From Gammaproteobacteria bacterium (GTDB taxonomy: Bacteria > Pseudomonadota > Gammaproteobacteria > Pseudomonadales > Azotimanducaceae), in the NCBI GenBank assembly GCA_003228415.1, contig QIDL01000190.1, positions 1 to 28,054 on the forward strand: DNA of 28,054 nucleotides, given 5' to 3'. A model generated the notes under the pieces. That model ran no database searches. It worked only from the letters and a program-made list of their open reading frames with translations, and was not told the origin of the DNA. The position numbers and the translations under genes were made by a program. This document shows positions 1 to 7,609 of the stretch, piece after piece (within the stretch, counting starts at the first letter, position 1; every line of letters starts with the position of its first letter).

Positions 1-772
1 TGCCGGTGCCGCCGGCCGAGCCGAGCACATAGGCGTTGATGAAGTCGCCGGGCATTTCATTCAAGCCCAGCGCGACATTCTTCGAGGTCGGGCGGCGTCC
101 CAGCAGCGAGTTCTGGAACATACCGCCATAGCCTTCGTTGTCGAGTTGCCCCATGGCAGAGCCGGAATAGACCGCGAACTGGTCCGGTGGCACCCGAGCT
201 TTCAGCACCTCGAGGTCGATGCCGGTGGATCTGAGCGCATCCGAACCGCCGTAGACGGTCAGTTGCAATCCGCGAGGGTGATTGCGCGACTGATACAGAT
301 CGTCGGGAAGGAATCCGCTGGGCAGTTGTCCCGCACTACCGACCTTTGAGGTTCGTTCATCCGGAAACAGCACATCCAGTCGGTCGGCAACGGTGACTTT
401 GACTTCCGAATCGTTCACCGCTTCCACCTGCCAGCCCTCCGGCACCCTCTCCGGGACATAGCGGTTGCTCATGATGAAGGTGAGGGGCGAGTCTGGATCG
501 GCGTTGTGCAGGCGGGCCGTCTTGTGGACCAGCACACGGTCTGGATCGAAAAGCTCGATGCGCCGGATCAACGTGTGGTCGCGGATCTGTTGACGTGTCG
601 CCGCGGAACCAGGATCTGTCAATCTCATGAGACTGGCGAGACTCGCATAGGTGGTGTCTTGATCGGCGCTGCCGAGCACGTCGATGACCAGGCGCCGATA
701 GGCATGATGAAACGAAACGCGACCTGCGGGATTGATACCGCCCAGACCTGTGATGACCGGAAATCGATTCAA
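1..772 (-). CDS. fabY: Beta-ketoacyl synthase FabY (KAS I/II fold, acetyl-CoA-primed initiation enzyme); 5' part only, runs off the window edge
   Basis: Not in the ORF track; translated by hand. TTG at 772-770, preceded by AGGTGA, with an in-frame TGA upstream at 790-788. Open for 257 codons to the edge: MNRFPVITGLGGINPAGRVSFHHAYRRLVI...SAGQLPSGF...YQSRNHPRGLQLTVYGGSDALRSTGID...FAVYSGSAMGQLDNEGYGG...MPGDFINAYVLGS. These blocks match P. aeruginosa FabY as I recall it (PVIVGFGGYNAAGRSSFHH, SAGQLPTGF, HPRGLQ, DFINAYVLGS). Confidence 0.9.
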   Translation of the reverse strand, partial: MNRFPVITGLGGINPAGRVSFHHAYRRLVIDVLGSADQDTTYASLASLMRLTDPGSAATRQQIRDHTLIRRIELFDPDRVLVHKTARLHNADPDSPLTFIMSNRYVPERVPEGWQVEAVNDSEVKVTVADRLDVLFPDERTSKVGSAGQLPSGFLPDDLYQSRNHPRGLQLTVYGGSDALRSTGIDLEVLKARVPPDQFAVYSGSAMGQLDNEGYGGMFQNSLLGRRPTSKNVALGLNEMPGDFINAYVLGSAGGTG

Positions 773-838
773 TCTTTCACCTATGGTTCAGCCTGATCAG
801 TTGAGACGTGAGAAAACGTGCCTTGTTCCCAGCCCGGC

Positions 839-1999
839 CTATTCCCGCGACAGCGCAACAGCGGTGGCTTCGCCTCCTCCGATACAGAGAGCGGCGATGC
901 CACGTTTCTTATCGAGTCGTTGCATCGCATGGGCCAGGGTCACGATGAGTCGGCTGCCGGTGGATCCGATCGGGTGACCCTGGGCGCAGGCACCTCCGTA
1001 GATGTTGACACGCACCGGATCCAGATTCAGATCGTTGATCGCGATCATGGTCACCATGGCAAACGCTTCGTTGATCTCGAACAGGTCCACATCGTCTGTT
1101 GTCCAGCCGAGCCTGTCGAGCAGCTTGGCGATCGCTCCGACGGGGGCGATGGTGAATTCCGATGGGTGTCTCGAGTGGGTCGAATGGCCCGCAATTCTCG
1201 CCAGTGGTTCGGAGTCATCGAGGGCGCCTTCAGCGCCGAGAACGAGCGCAGAAGCACCATCCGATATGGAGCTGGCATTGGCGGCCGTGATGGTACCAGC
1301 CGCTTTGAAGGCCGGCCTCAAGGTAGGTATCTTTTCAATTTTTGCGCGTCCGGGCTGCTCGTCATCGCCGATTAGAGCTTCGCCCACCGTCAGTGGAGCA
1401 ACTTCCTGGCGCAGTTGGCCTTCTTTCATGGCCCTGCGAGCACGCTCCAGCGAGGTAATGGCGAAGCCATCCATTGCCTCGCGGGTGAGCTGGTAGTCGT
1501 CGGCAGTATCCTGCGCAAAGCTACCCATGGATTCGCCGGTTTCGGCATCTTCCAATCCGTCGGTAAACATGGCATCAAGGATCTGACCGTGCCCCATGCG
1601 CTGCCCGCTGCGAGCCTTGCTGAGCAGATAGGGAGCATTGGTCATGCTTTCCATCCCGCCGCAGACGATGCAGTTCGCGCTGCCGGCGCGAATGAGATCG
1701 TGGCCGAGCATGGTGGCTTTCATGCCGGAGCCGCAGACCTTGTTGACCGTCAGCGCCCCACAGGAATCCGGCAGACCGGCTAAACGCATCGCCTGCCGTG
1801 CTGGTGCCTGCTTGAGTCCGGCACTGATGACGTTGCCGATGATCACTTCGTCGATCTGGTCGATGGTGGTCCCTGCCGCGGAGAGCGCAGCTCGAATGGC
1901 GTGGGCACCGAGCTCGGGCGCGCTAAGGGAAGCCAGCACCCCCTGGAACGAGCCGATGGGGGTTCTGGAGGCACCGAGGATGTATACGTTGTCAGTCAA
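839..1999 (-). CDS. Acetyl-CoA C-acyltransferase (classical thiolase, AtoB/PhaA-like)
   Basis: All four canonical motifs are present: NKVCGSG (nucleophile Cys), NEAF, GHPIG and CIGGG. TTG start with a perfect AGGAGG 5 nt upstream. Confidence 0.95.
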   Translation of the reverse strand: MTDNVYILGASRTPIGSFQGVLASLSAPELGAHAIRAALSAAGTTIDQIDEVIIGNVISAGLKQAPARQAMRLAGLPDSCGALTVNKVCGSGMKATMLGHDLIRAGSANCIVCGGMESMTNAPYLLSKARSGQRMGHGQILDAMFTDGLEDAETGESMGSFAQDTADDYQLTREAMDGFAITSLERARRAMKEGQLRQEVAPLTVGEALIGDDEQPGRAKIEKIPTLRPAFKAAGTITAANASSISDGASALVLGAEGALDDSEPLARIAGHSTHSRHPSEFTIAPVGAIAKLLDRLGWTTDDVDLFEINEAFAMVTMIAINDLNLDPVRVNIYGGACAQGHPIGSTGSRLIVTLAHAMQRLDKKRGIAALCIGGGEATAVALSRE

Positions 2000-2010
2000 A
2001 GGTACCTCCT

Positions 2011-2037
2011 GTGTTGAGTGTGTTGAGTGTGTTGAGT
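2011..2037. repeat. Perfect 9-bp tandem repeat x3 (GTGTTGAGT; ACTCAACAC on the mRNA strand) abutting the thiolase Shine-Dalgarno
   Basis: GTGTTGAGT at 2011-2019, 2020-2028 and 2029-2037, followed directly on the minus strand by AGGAGG (2010-2005). Confidence 0.97.
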
Positions 2038-2059
2038 TTCAATATCATGAGGACGCGGC

Positions 2060-2089
2060 ATTCTACCCGGCGGACAATCGTATCGGCTA
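2060..2089 (-). promoter_or_regulatory. Possible sigma70 promoter for the thiolase-fabY unit
   Basis: Minus-strand TAGAAT at 2065-2060 followed by a GC-rich discriminator-like GCCGCG. The -35 candidate TAGCCG (2089-2084, 18-nt spacer) is weak. Confidence 0.35.
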
Positions 2090-2590
2090 GCTCTCGCGGA
2101 ATCTGGGTAACAGTTCTACGAAGTTACACGGTCCCGTTGCGCTGTTGAGTTGGGGACTCAATATTCTCTCCCACGCGGTTCTGACCGCGTTGCTCGATCC
2201 AGGGAGCACGAAGATCAGGGTCCCATTGGCGAGACCACCCAGAGACCGGGACTGGATGGTCGATGCGCCGATCTCTTCGAAGGAGACCTGGCGGAACAGT
2301 TCGCCGAAGCCATCGATGGTCTTGTCGAAAAGCGGCAACAGTGCTTCCGGAGTGCTGTCACGGCCAGTGAATCCCGTCCCTCCGGTGGAGAGAATGACCT
2401 GTACCGCTTCGTCCGCAATCCACGCCGATACAACGGAGCGTATCTGATAGACGTCGTCCCGGACCAGGCTGCGGTCCACCACCTGGTGTCCATCGGTGGT
2501 GATGAGTTCCTGGAGTAGTGCCCCTGAGGTATCCTCTTCGATGGATCGGCTGTCGGAGACTGTGAGAACGCTGCAATTCAAGGCGGTCAT
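2087..2590 (-). CDS. moaB: Molybdenum cofactor biosynthesis protein B (MoaB/MogA family)
   Basis: VLTVSDSR...[40 protein letters not shown] and LPGS motifs; 167 aa. Confidence 0.93.
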   Translation of the reverse strand: MTALNCSVLTVSDSRSIEEDTSGALLQELITTDGHQVVDRSLVRDDVYQIRSVVSAWIADEAVQVILSTGGTGFTGRDSTPEALLPLFDKTIDGFGELFRQVSFEEIGASTIQSRSLGGLANGTLIFVLPGSSNAVRTAWERILSPQLNSATGPCNFVELLPRFRES

Positions 2591-2652
2591 GTGATCTGGT
2601 CCAGAATTCGTAGAAATTTCGGCAACTTAGCCATCCATACCGGTTCGCTGCA

Positions 2653-2681
2653 TTGCCTTCGCCGAGGCAAGTGGCTAGAGT
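2653..2681 (+). promoter_or_regulatory. Possible sigma70 promoter for the fused carboxylase, with its -35 inside an 18-bp dyad
   Basis: TTGCCT (2653-2658), a 17-nt spacer, then TAGAGT (2676-2681). TTGCCT-N6-AGGCAA (2653-2670) is a perfect inverted repeat. Confidence 0.4.
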
Positions 2682-2711
2682 ACCGGCCAATTTTAAGCCG
2701 TTGTCTCGCCT

Positions 2712-5700
2712 GTGGATAAGCATCTACAAGAAGGCGACAGACTTTACCTGATTGCAGAGAGTCTGGCGCAGGATTTCTCCTTGTTTCCGAGCACGGAAAG
2801 CGATGAGTTGTTGCCGGGCTGTCTCGGCAAGCGGGAAATCTTTCGGCGACAACAACATCTGAGCCGATTGGACGTGGATTCCTATATCGAGGCGGTGATC
2901 ACGCCTGCGGAAGATCCCGGTCGGATTTCGGCCCCGGTCATCATCCGTCAACTCGGCCGGGTGCTCGAGGAAGCATCCGAGGGATCCTTCTACTCCGCAA
3001 TTATAGAGATGGATTTCGACGGGGATACCCGCGCGGTAGGTTTCATCGCTCAGGACCGATCCTATCGCAATGGTGAATGGGGTCCGTCTCATCATCTGCA
3101 GGCGGCCGATCGATTGCAGGCTTTCTCGCGACGTGCCATTCCCATCGTGACGCTGATGGATACGCCGGGTGCGGATGCCAAGGATGAAGCCAACCGTCAC
3201 AACCAGGCTCATAGCATTTCCCGGCTGATTGCAGAGGCGAGCAACGTCGACGTGCCCAGTGTCGGGATCGTCTATGGGCTTGGCTATTCTGGCGGCGCGA
3301 TACCGCTGGCGGCCAGCAATATGATTCTGGCGCTCAAGGATGCCGTGTTCAGCACCATTCAACCTAAATCGCTGGCAAGCATTGCCCGGCGCCTGAACCT
3401 GTCGTGGCAGGAATGCGCCAAATACGTGGGCCTGTCTGCCTACGAGCTGTGCGAGCAGGGCAACATAGACGGCGTGGTGGATTTCTCGCCGGCCGACCCC
3501 AGCGTGGAAAACCTGCGCGCAGCAATTGTGGCGGGCATAAAGCGTGTGGAAGATTCGTGCCTCGAGTTCGTCGCAGAAAACCCGTATATCCTCGATCACT
3601 ACCGACAGAGCCTGCGGCGATTCCTCAACCCCTCTGAACATCTCAAGCGCATGCAGGCCGGGGCCGCACTGAAGCGTTCTCGAAATCCCACCGAATATCT
3701 GAATGTTTTCGGTGTGGCTTTCAGATACCTGAGATATCTGAAGGTGAGACAGCGCATCAAGGCCACCACCACCTCTCAGTATGGCCGACTGTCCAATCAG
3801 GAACTCCCCAAAGGCGAACTCGATAAGCGTGCCGAACTGGAACGGCGCCTGACCTTTCTGAAGTGGTTGCAGGATCCCGATCGGGTGGTTTACGACGAAG
3901 CCCTGTCCAGATCCTGGAAAAACTACAACGAGAAAAAGCAGGCGGTTCACGATGAACGAGGCCGCATTGCCCAGTTGCTGTTCGGCGAACCCAAGAAGAA
4001 CTACGAAGAAGCCCGGTCGGGCATACTTTCATCGGTCGGCGTGTTCCTTTACAACCGCTGGAAGGCGGAAGCCGTGGGGAACTTACGGGCGCTGAAGGAA
4101 TTTCTTGCCCAGCCCGATGACATCCGGCAGATCCTGAGAGTCTCGGACATCAGTGATGCGCGTGCGTTGATCGAAGCGCTTGGCGAAGATTCCGAACTGC
4201 TGGCCACTCTCAGGAAGAGCTTCTCCCACGAAGGTAAGAAATTGCTGGCAGGGACGAGAGATCTGGATGAGAAGTCAGATCAGTATCTCAGCACGCAACT
4301 TGCAGTCGAACTCAATCTGGCCATCACCGGTGGGTCCCTCACCGGCGATGAAACTGCCAGTCTGGCAACGAATCGGCGCGTGTTGGGCGAGCGTTTCAGC
4401 GGTCTGATCAAGCCGGTCGACGAAGTGCGATCGCCGGTCGCGTTCAGCGACCTGACCGTGCTGGATGTGCTGGTGGAAGATGATCTGCGCCCAGATTTCA
4501 TCAAAGAATGCGAGAACCTGCTGCTGTTCGATTCTGTTTACGATCAGATCATCGCCAACCTGGATCGTATCGCTGAAGAAGCTCAGGCCGGACAGTCCTT
4601 ATCGAAGGACTCTCTGGCCGAACTCATTGAAGCGACGCTCAGCCTTGCGGCTCAGGGCATCACTCTGGGCGGCGAAGAATCGGCTGGTGAAAGCGCGGCT
4701 GTTCGTCAGGCAGTGCTGGCCGAACAGATGACCGACTGGTATCTCAGAATTCAGGGCATGCCGAAGAATACCGAGTTTTTCCGTTTCGTCGAGGAGTGGA
4801 AAAAGGTCGTGTTTCCGCACTTATCGGATGCGCTCTTTGTCGTGGTCACACATTTGTTCGAAAACCTGCTGCTTTCCTACATCCAGTCGGAGCGAGAAGG
4901 TAAGAATTATCAGGGTCGTATCGCGCCGAAGAACATAGGGCGCCGCAAGGACTTCTGGAACAATCTGAACATGGCCTACCGCGACCTCCGTATCCAGAAT
5001 GTGTTACGTGATGTAAAGAATCAGAAGCAGACTGGTTATCAGAAGTTCATCGATCGGTTCTTCACGGACTTCGAAGAGCGGTACGCGGATCTCCTGAGTT
5101 CCGATCCGCGCAGTTTCCCCGGTTTTCGCATCGCCATCGAACAGGCGCTGGATCACAACTTGCCACCGTGCGGCGTGGTTGTGGGTCTTGGTAACTTCGT
5201 CGGTGGCGATGCCCCGATTCGGGTCGGTACGCTGATCTCCAACTTTGGTTTTCAAGCCGGATCGTTTGATATGGCGAGTGCCGAGAAATTCTGCAAGCTG
5301 CTGGTGGATTGTGCCGAACAACATCTGCCGGTCATCTGCTTCATCTCATCCGGCGGCATGCAGACCAAGGAAGGCGCGGGTGCGCTGTTTTCCATGGCTG
5401 CGGTCAACGATCGGCTGACCCGCTTTGTGCGGGATCACGATCTACCGATCATAATTTTTGGTTTCGGCGATTGCACCGGGGGGGCTCAAGCCAGCTTCGT
5501 GACCCATCCACTGGTGCAGACCTACTACTTCAGCGGCACCACCATGCCGTTTGCGGGCCAGATCGTGGTGCAATCGAACCTGCCTCTGAACTCAACACTG
5601 TCCAACTACCTGTCTCAGGTGGATGGAGCGATGCAGGGTCTCGTGCAACACCCGTTTCATCCCGAGCTCGATGAGGCGCTGAGAATGATCGACCCCGACA

Positions 5701-7559
5701 TTCCGCTGCCTCATGAATCGGTGGGCGAAGTCGTTTCCCGGGTTTTATCCGGCGTTCTCAGTCAGAAGCGTCCTGTTGTGGTTGCCCATCGCCAGCGTTA
5801 CACAGACCAGGAACTGATCAGACCGGTGCGGAGGGTTTTGATTCATGCCAGGGGCTGCACGGCGGCAAAGCTGATACGAATCGCGCAGAAGAACGACATC
5901 GAGGTGGTCCTGGTGCAGTCCGATCCGGATATGGAGTCGGCTGCCGTCGATCAGTTGCTGCCGCGTGATCATCTGGTGTGTATCGGTGGCAACACGCCGG
6001 ACGAGAGCTATCTCAACGCCATGAGCGTTTTGCGGGTGGCCGAGCTCGAACGGGTCGATGCTCTGCATCCGGGGATCGGTTTCCTGTCTGAGAATTCCGG
6101 TTTCGCGGAACTCTGTCGCAGCCATGGCATCAACTTCATCGGCCCGCCCGTTGCCAGCATGGAGACCATGGGTAACAAGTCCAATGCAATCAGCACCGCT
6201 CTCGAGCTCGAGGTACCTGTCGTTCCCGGTAGCCACGGAATTCTCACCGATGTGGAAAGTGCCTCGCGGGTTGCCGGGTCACTGGGCTATCCGGTACTGA
6301 TCAAGGCCGTGCATGGGGGCGGTGGCAAGGGCATCCAGATCGTCGAGCACCCGGACGAATTTCATGAGTTGTTCCAGCGCGTTACCGTTGAAGCCCGGGC
6401 GGCGTTTGGGAACGGCGATGTCTATCTGGAAAAGTACGTCACCTCACTACGCCATATCGAGGTCCAGTTGCTGAGAGACACCTATGGCAATACCAAGGTG
6501 CTGGGTCTCAGAGATTGCAGCATCCAGCGCGACAAGCAGAAGGTGTTCGAGGAATCGGATGCCACGATGTTGCCGGCGGATCTCAGAGCAGCGGTACTCA
6601 AGCACACATCAGATATCGCGGACGAAGTAGGCTATGTCGGTGCCGGAACGGTGGAATTCATCCACGACCTCGAGAGCGAGGCCATTTACTTCATGGAGAT
6701 GAATACCCGCTTGCAGGTGGAGCACCCGGTGACAGAGTGGGTCTCCGGGATCGATATCGTCTCCGAGCAGTTTCGGATAGCTTCCGGGGAATCCATTGCC
6801 GATCTGGAACCCGCGAACGATGGCTACGCCATCGAGGCTCGGATCAACGCTGAGCGGATCGAGGTTGGAGCAGATGGTGAGCTGGCATTCCGGCCGCACC
6901 CGGGGCAGATCACTGTTTTTGAGCTTCCACAAGAAGATGGAGTTGAGATCATTTCGGCCGTATCCGAGGGTAAATTCGTCTCACCCTTTTACGACAGCAT
7001 GATTGCCCAGGTCATCGTTCACGCCTCGGATCGGAACGCGGCCGTTACCAAATTGCTCGGCTATCTCGACACTGTGTCGATTCAGGGCATCAGTACCAAT
7101 GTGCCGCTGCTGAAGCGGGTTCTGCAGGATTCGGTGTTTCTGGACGGCATATACGATACCGGCTATCTGCGTGAATTCCTGACGCGTATCGACGTGGAGA
7201 AGCTCAGCGAAGAGATTGACGCGTCGGCTGGGGAGATCGGTGGTGGCATTGACAGGGAAGCCATCCGGATCGAAGACAGCGCGGAATTGAAGGTGCTGTC
7301 TCCCGCCACTGCCATTTTCTACACGACCCCCACTCCGACCGAGCCGGAGTTTGTGACCGTCGGTGACAAGATCAGGATTTCGGATACCATCGGGCAACTC
7401 GAGGCGATGAAGATCTTCACCCCGCTCAAACTCGCCGACTTCAATGGTGATGTGGAGCTTTACGACCCGGCACAGGAGTTCGAGGTCACCAGGATCAATA
7501 TGGCAACAGGTCAACAGGTCAACGTCGGTGATCTGCTGTTCGTGGTGAAGGCGCTTTGA
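2712..7559 (+). CDS. Single-chain multidomain biotin-dependent acyl-CoA carboxylase: CT-alpha (AccA-like), unknown helical region, CT-beta (AccD-like), biotin carboxylase (AccC-like), BCCP (AccB-like)
   Basis: AccA-like IVTLMDTPGA and GLGYSGGAIPLA (about aa 150-200). AccD-like FQAGSFD, LPVICFISSGGM, CTGGAQASF and PFAGQIVV (about aa 775-960). BC motifs HPGIGFLSEN, IKAVHGGGGKG, RHIEVQ, RDCSIQR, EMNTRLQVEHPVTE and YDSMIAQ (about aa 1037-1490). Biotinyl motif EAMK (Lys1567). The start is uncertain: GTG2712 has no SD, and TTG2781 has AGGA 7 nt upstream. Confidence 0.93.
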   Translation: MDKHLQEGDRLYLIAESLAQDFSLFPSTESDELLPGCLGKREIFRRQQHLSRLDVDSYIEAVITPAEDPGRISAPVIIRQLGRVLEEASEGSFYSAIIEMDFDGDTRAVGFIAQDRSYRNGEWGPSHHLQAADRLQAFSRRAIPIVTLMDTPGADAKDEANRHNQAHSISRLIAEASNVDVPSVGIVYGLGYSGGAIPLAASNMILALKDAVFSTIQPKSLASIARRLNLSWQECAKYVGLSAYELCEQGNIDGVVDFSPADPSVENLRAAIVAGIKRVEDSCLEFVAENPYILDHYRQSLRRFLNPSEHLKRMQAGAALKRSRNPTEYLNVFGVAFRYLRYLKVRQRIKATTTSQYGRLSNQELPKGELDKRAELERRLTFLKWLQDPDRVVYDEALSRSWKNYNEKKQAVHDERGRIAQLLFGEPKKNYEEARSGILSSVGVFLYNRWKAEAVGNLRALKEFLAQPDDIRQILRVSDISDARALIEALGEDSELLATLRKSFSHEGKKLLAGTRDLDEKSDQYLSTQLAVELNLAITGGSLTGDETASLATNRRVLGERFSGLIKPVDEVRSPVAFSDLTVLDVLVEDDLRPDFIKECENLLLFDSVYDQIIANLDRIAEEAQAGQSLSKDSLAELIEATLSLAAQGITLGGEESAGESAAVRQAVLAEQMTDWYLRIQGMPKNTEFFRFVEEWKKVVFPHLSDALFVVVTHLFENLLLSYIQSEREGKNYQGRIAPKNIGRRKDFWNNLNMAYRDLRIQNVLRDVKNQKQTGYQKFIDRFFTDFEERYADLLSSDPRSFPGFRIAIEQALDHNLPPCGVVVGLGNFVGGDAPIRVGTLISNFGFQAGSFDMASAEKFCKLLVDCAEQHLPVICFISSGGMQTKEGAGALFSMAAVNDRLTRFVRDHDLPIIIFGFGDCTGGAQASFVTHPLVQTYYFSGTTMPFAGQIVVQSNLPLNSTLSNYLSQVDGAMQGLVQHPFHPELDEALRMIDPDIPLPHESVGEVVSRVLSGVLSQKRPVVVAHRQRYTDQELIRPVRRVLIHARGCTAAKLIRIAQKNDIEVVLVQSDPDMESAAVDQLLPRDHLVCIGGNTPDESYLNAMSVLRVAELERVDALHPGIGFLSENSGFAELCRSHGINFIGPPVASMETMGNKSNAISTALELEVPVVPGSHGILTDVESASRVAGSLGYPVLIKAVHGGGGKGIQIVEHPDEFHELFQRVTVEARAAFGNGDVYLEKYVTSLRHIEVQLLRDTYGNTKVLGLRDCSIQRDKQKVFEESDATMLPADLRAAVLKHTSDIADEVGYVGAGTVEFIHDLESEAIYFMEMNTRLQVEHPVTEWVSGIDIVSEQFRIASGESIADLEPANDGYAIEARINAERIEVGADGELAFRPHPGQITVFELPQEDGVEIISAVSEGKFVSPFYDSMIAQVIVHASDRNAAVTKLLGYLDTVSIQGISTNVPLLKRVLQDSVFLDGIYDTGYLREFLTRIDVEKLSEEIDASAGEIGGGIDREAIRIEDSAELKVLSPATAIFYTTPTPTEPEFVTVGDKIRISDTIGQLEAMKIFTPLKLADFNGDVELYDPAQEFEVTRINMATGQQVNVGDLLFVVKAL

Positions 7560-7577
7560 GCCGGAAGTGGTTCCGGC
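7560..7577. terminator. GC-rich stem-loop between the convergent carboxylase and TSUP genes
   Basis: GCCGGAA-GTGG-TTCCGGC, a perfect 7-bp stem immediately after the carboxylase stop. No U-tract on either side, so it may be a stability hairpin rather than an intrinsic terminator. Confidence 0.4.
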
Positions 7578-7609
7578 CCGTCCGGCCGGGGGCGAACTGA
7601 CAGATCGGC

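Noticed and set aside
2011-2037. The tandem repeat as a mini-CRISPR or REP element
   Set aside because: The units are 9 bp with no spacers and no palindrome, I saw no other copy in the window, and there are no cas genes.
2591-2711. Moco riboswitch upstream of moaB
   Set aside because: I could not see the motif's conserved multi-stem, GNRA-tetraloop pattern in this 120-nt region. An Infernal/Rfam search would settle it.
2724-3950. 408-aa antisense ORF opposite the carboxylase, and similar long antisense ORFs opposite valS (14606-15652), pepA (16966-18156), hisF (10965-11894) and the thiolase-like gene (21645-22535)
   Set aside because: These are antisense shadows of well-supported genes, expected from GC-rich codon usage that makes stops rare on the opposite strand.
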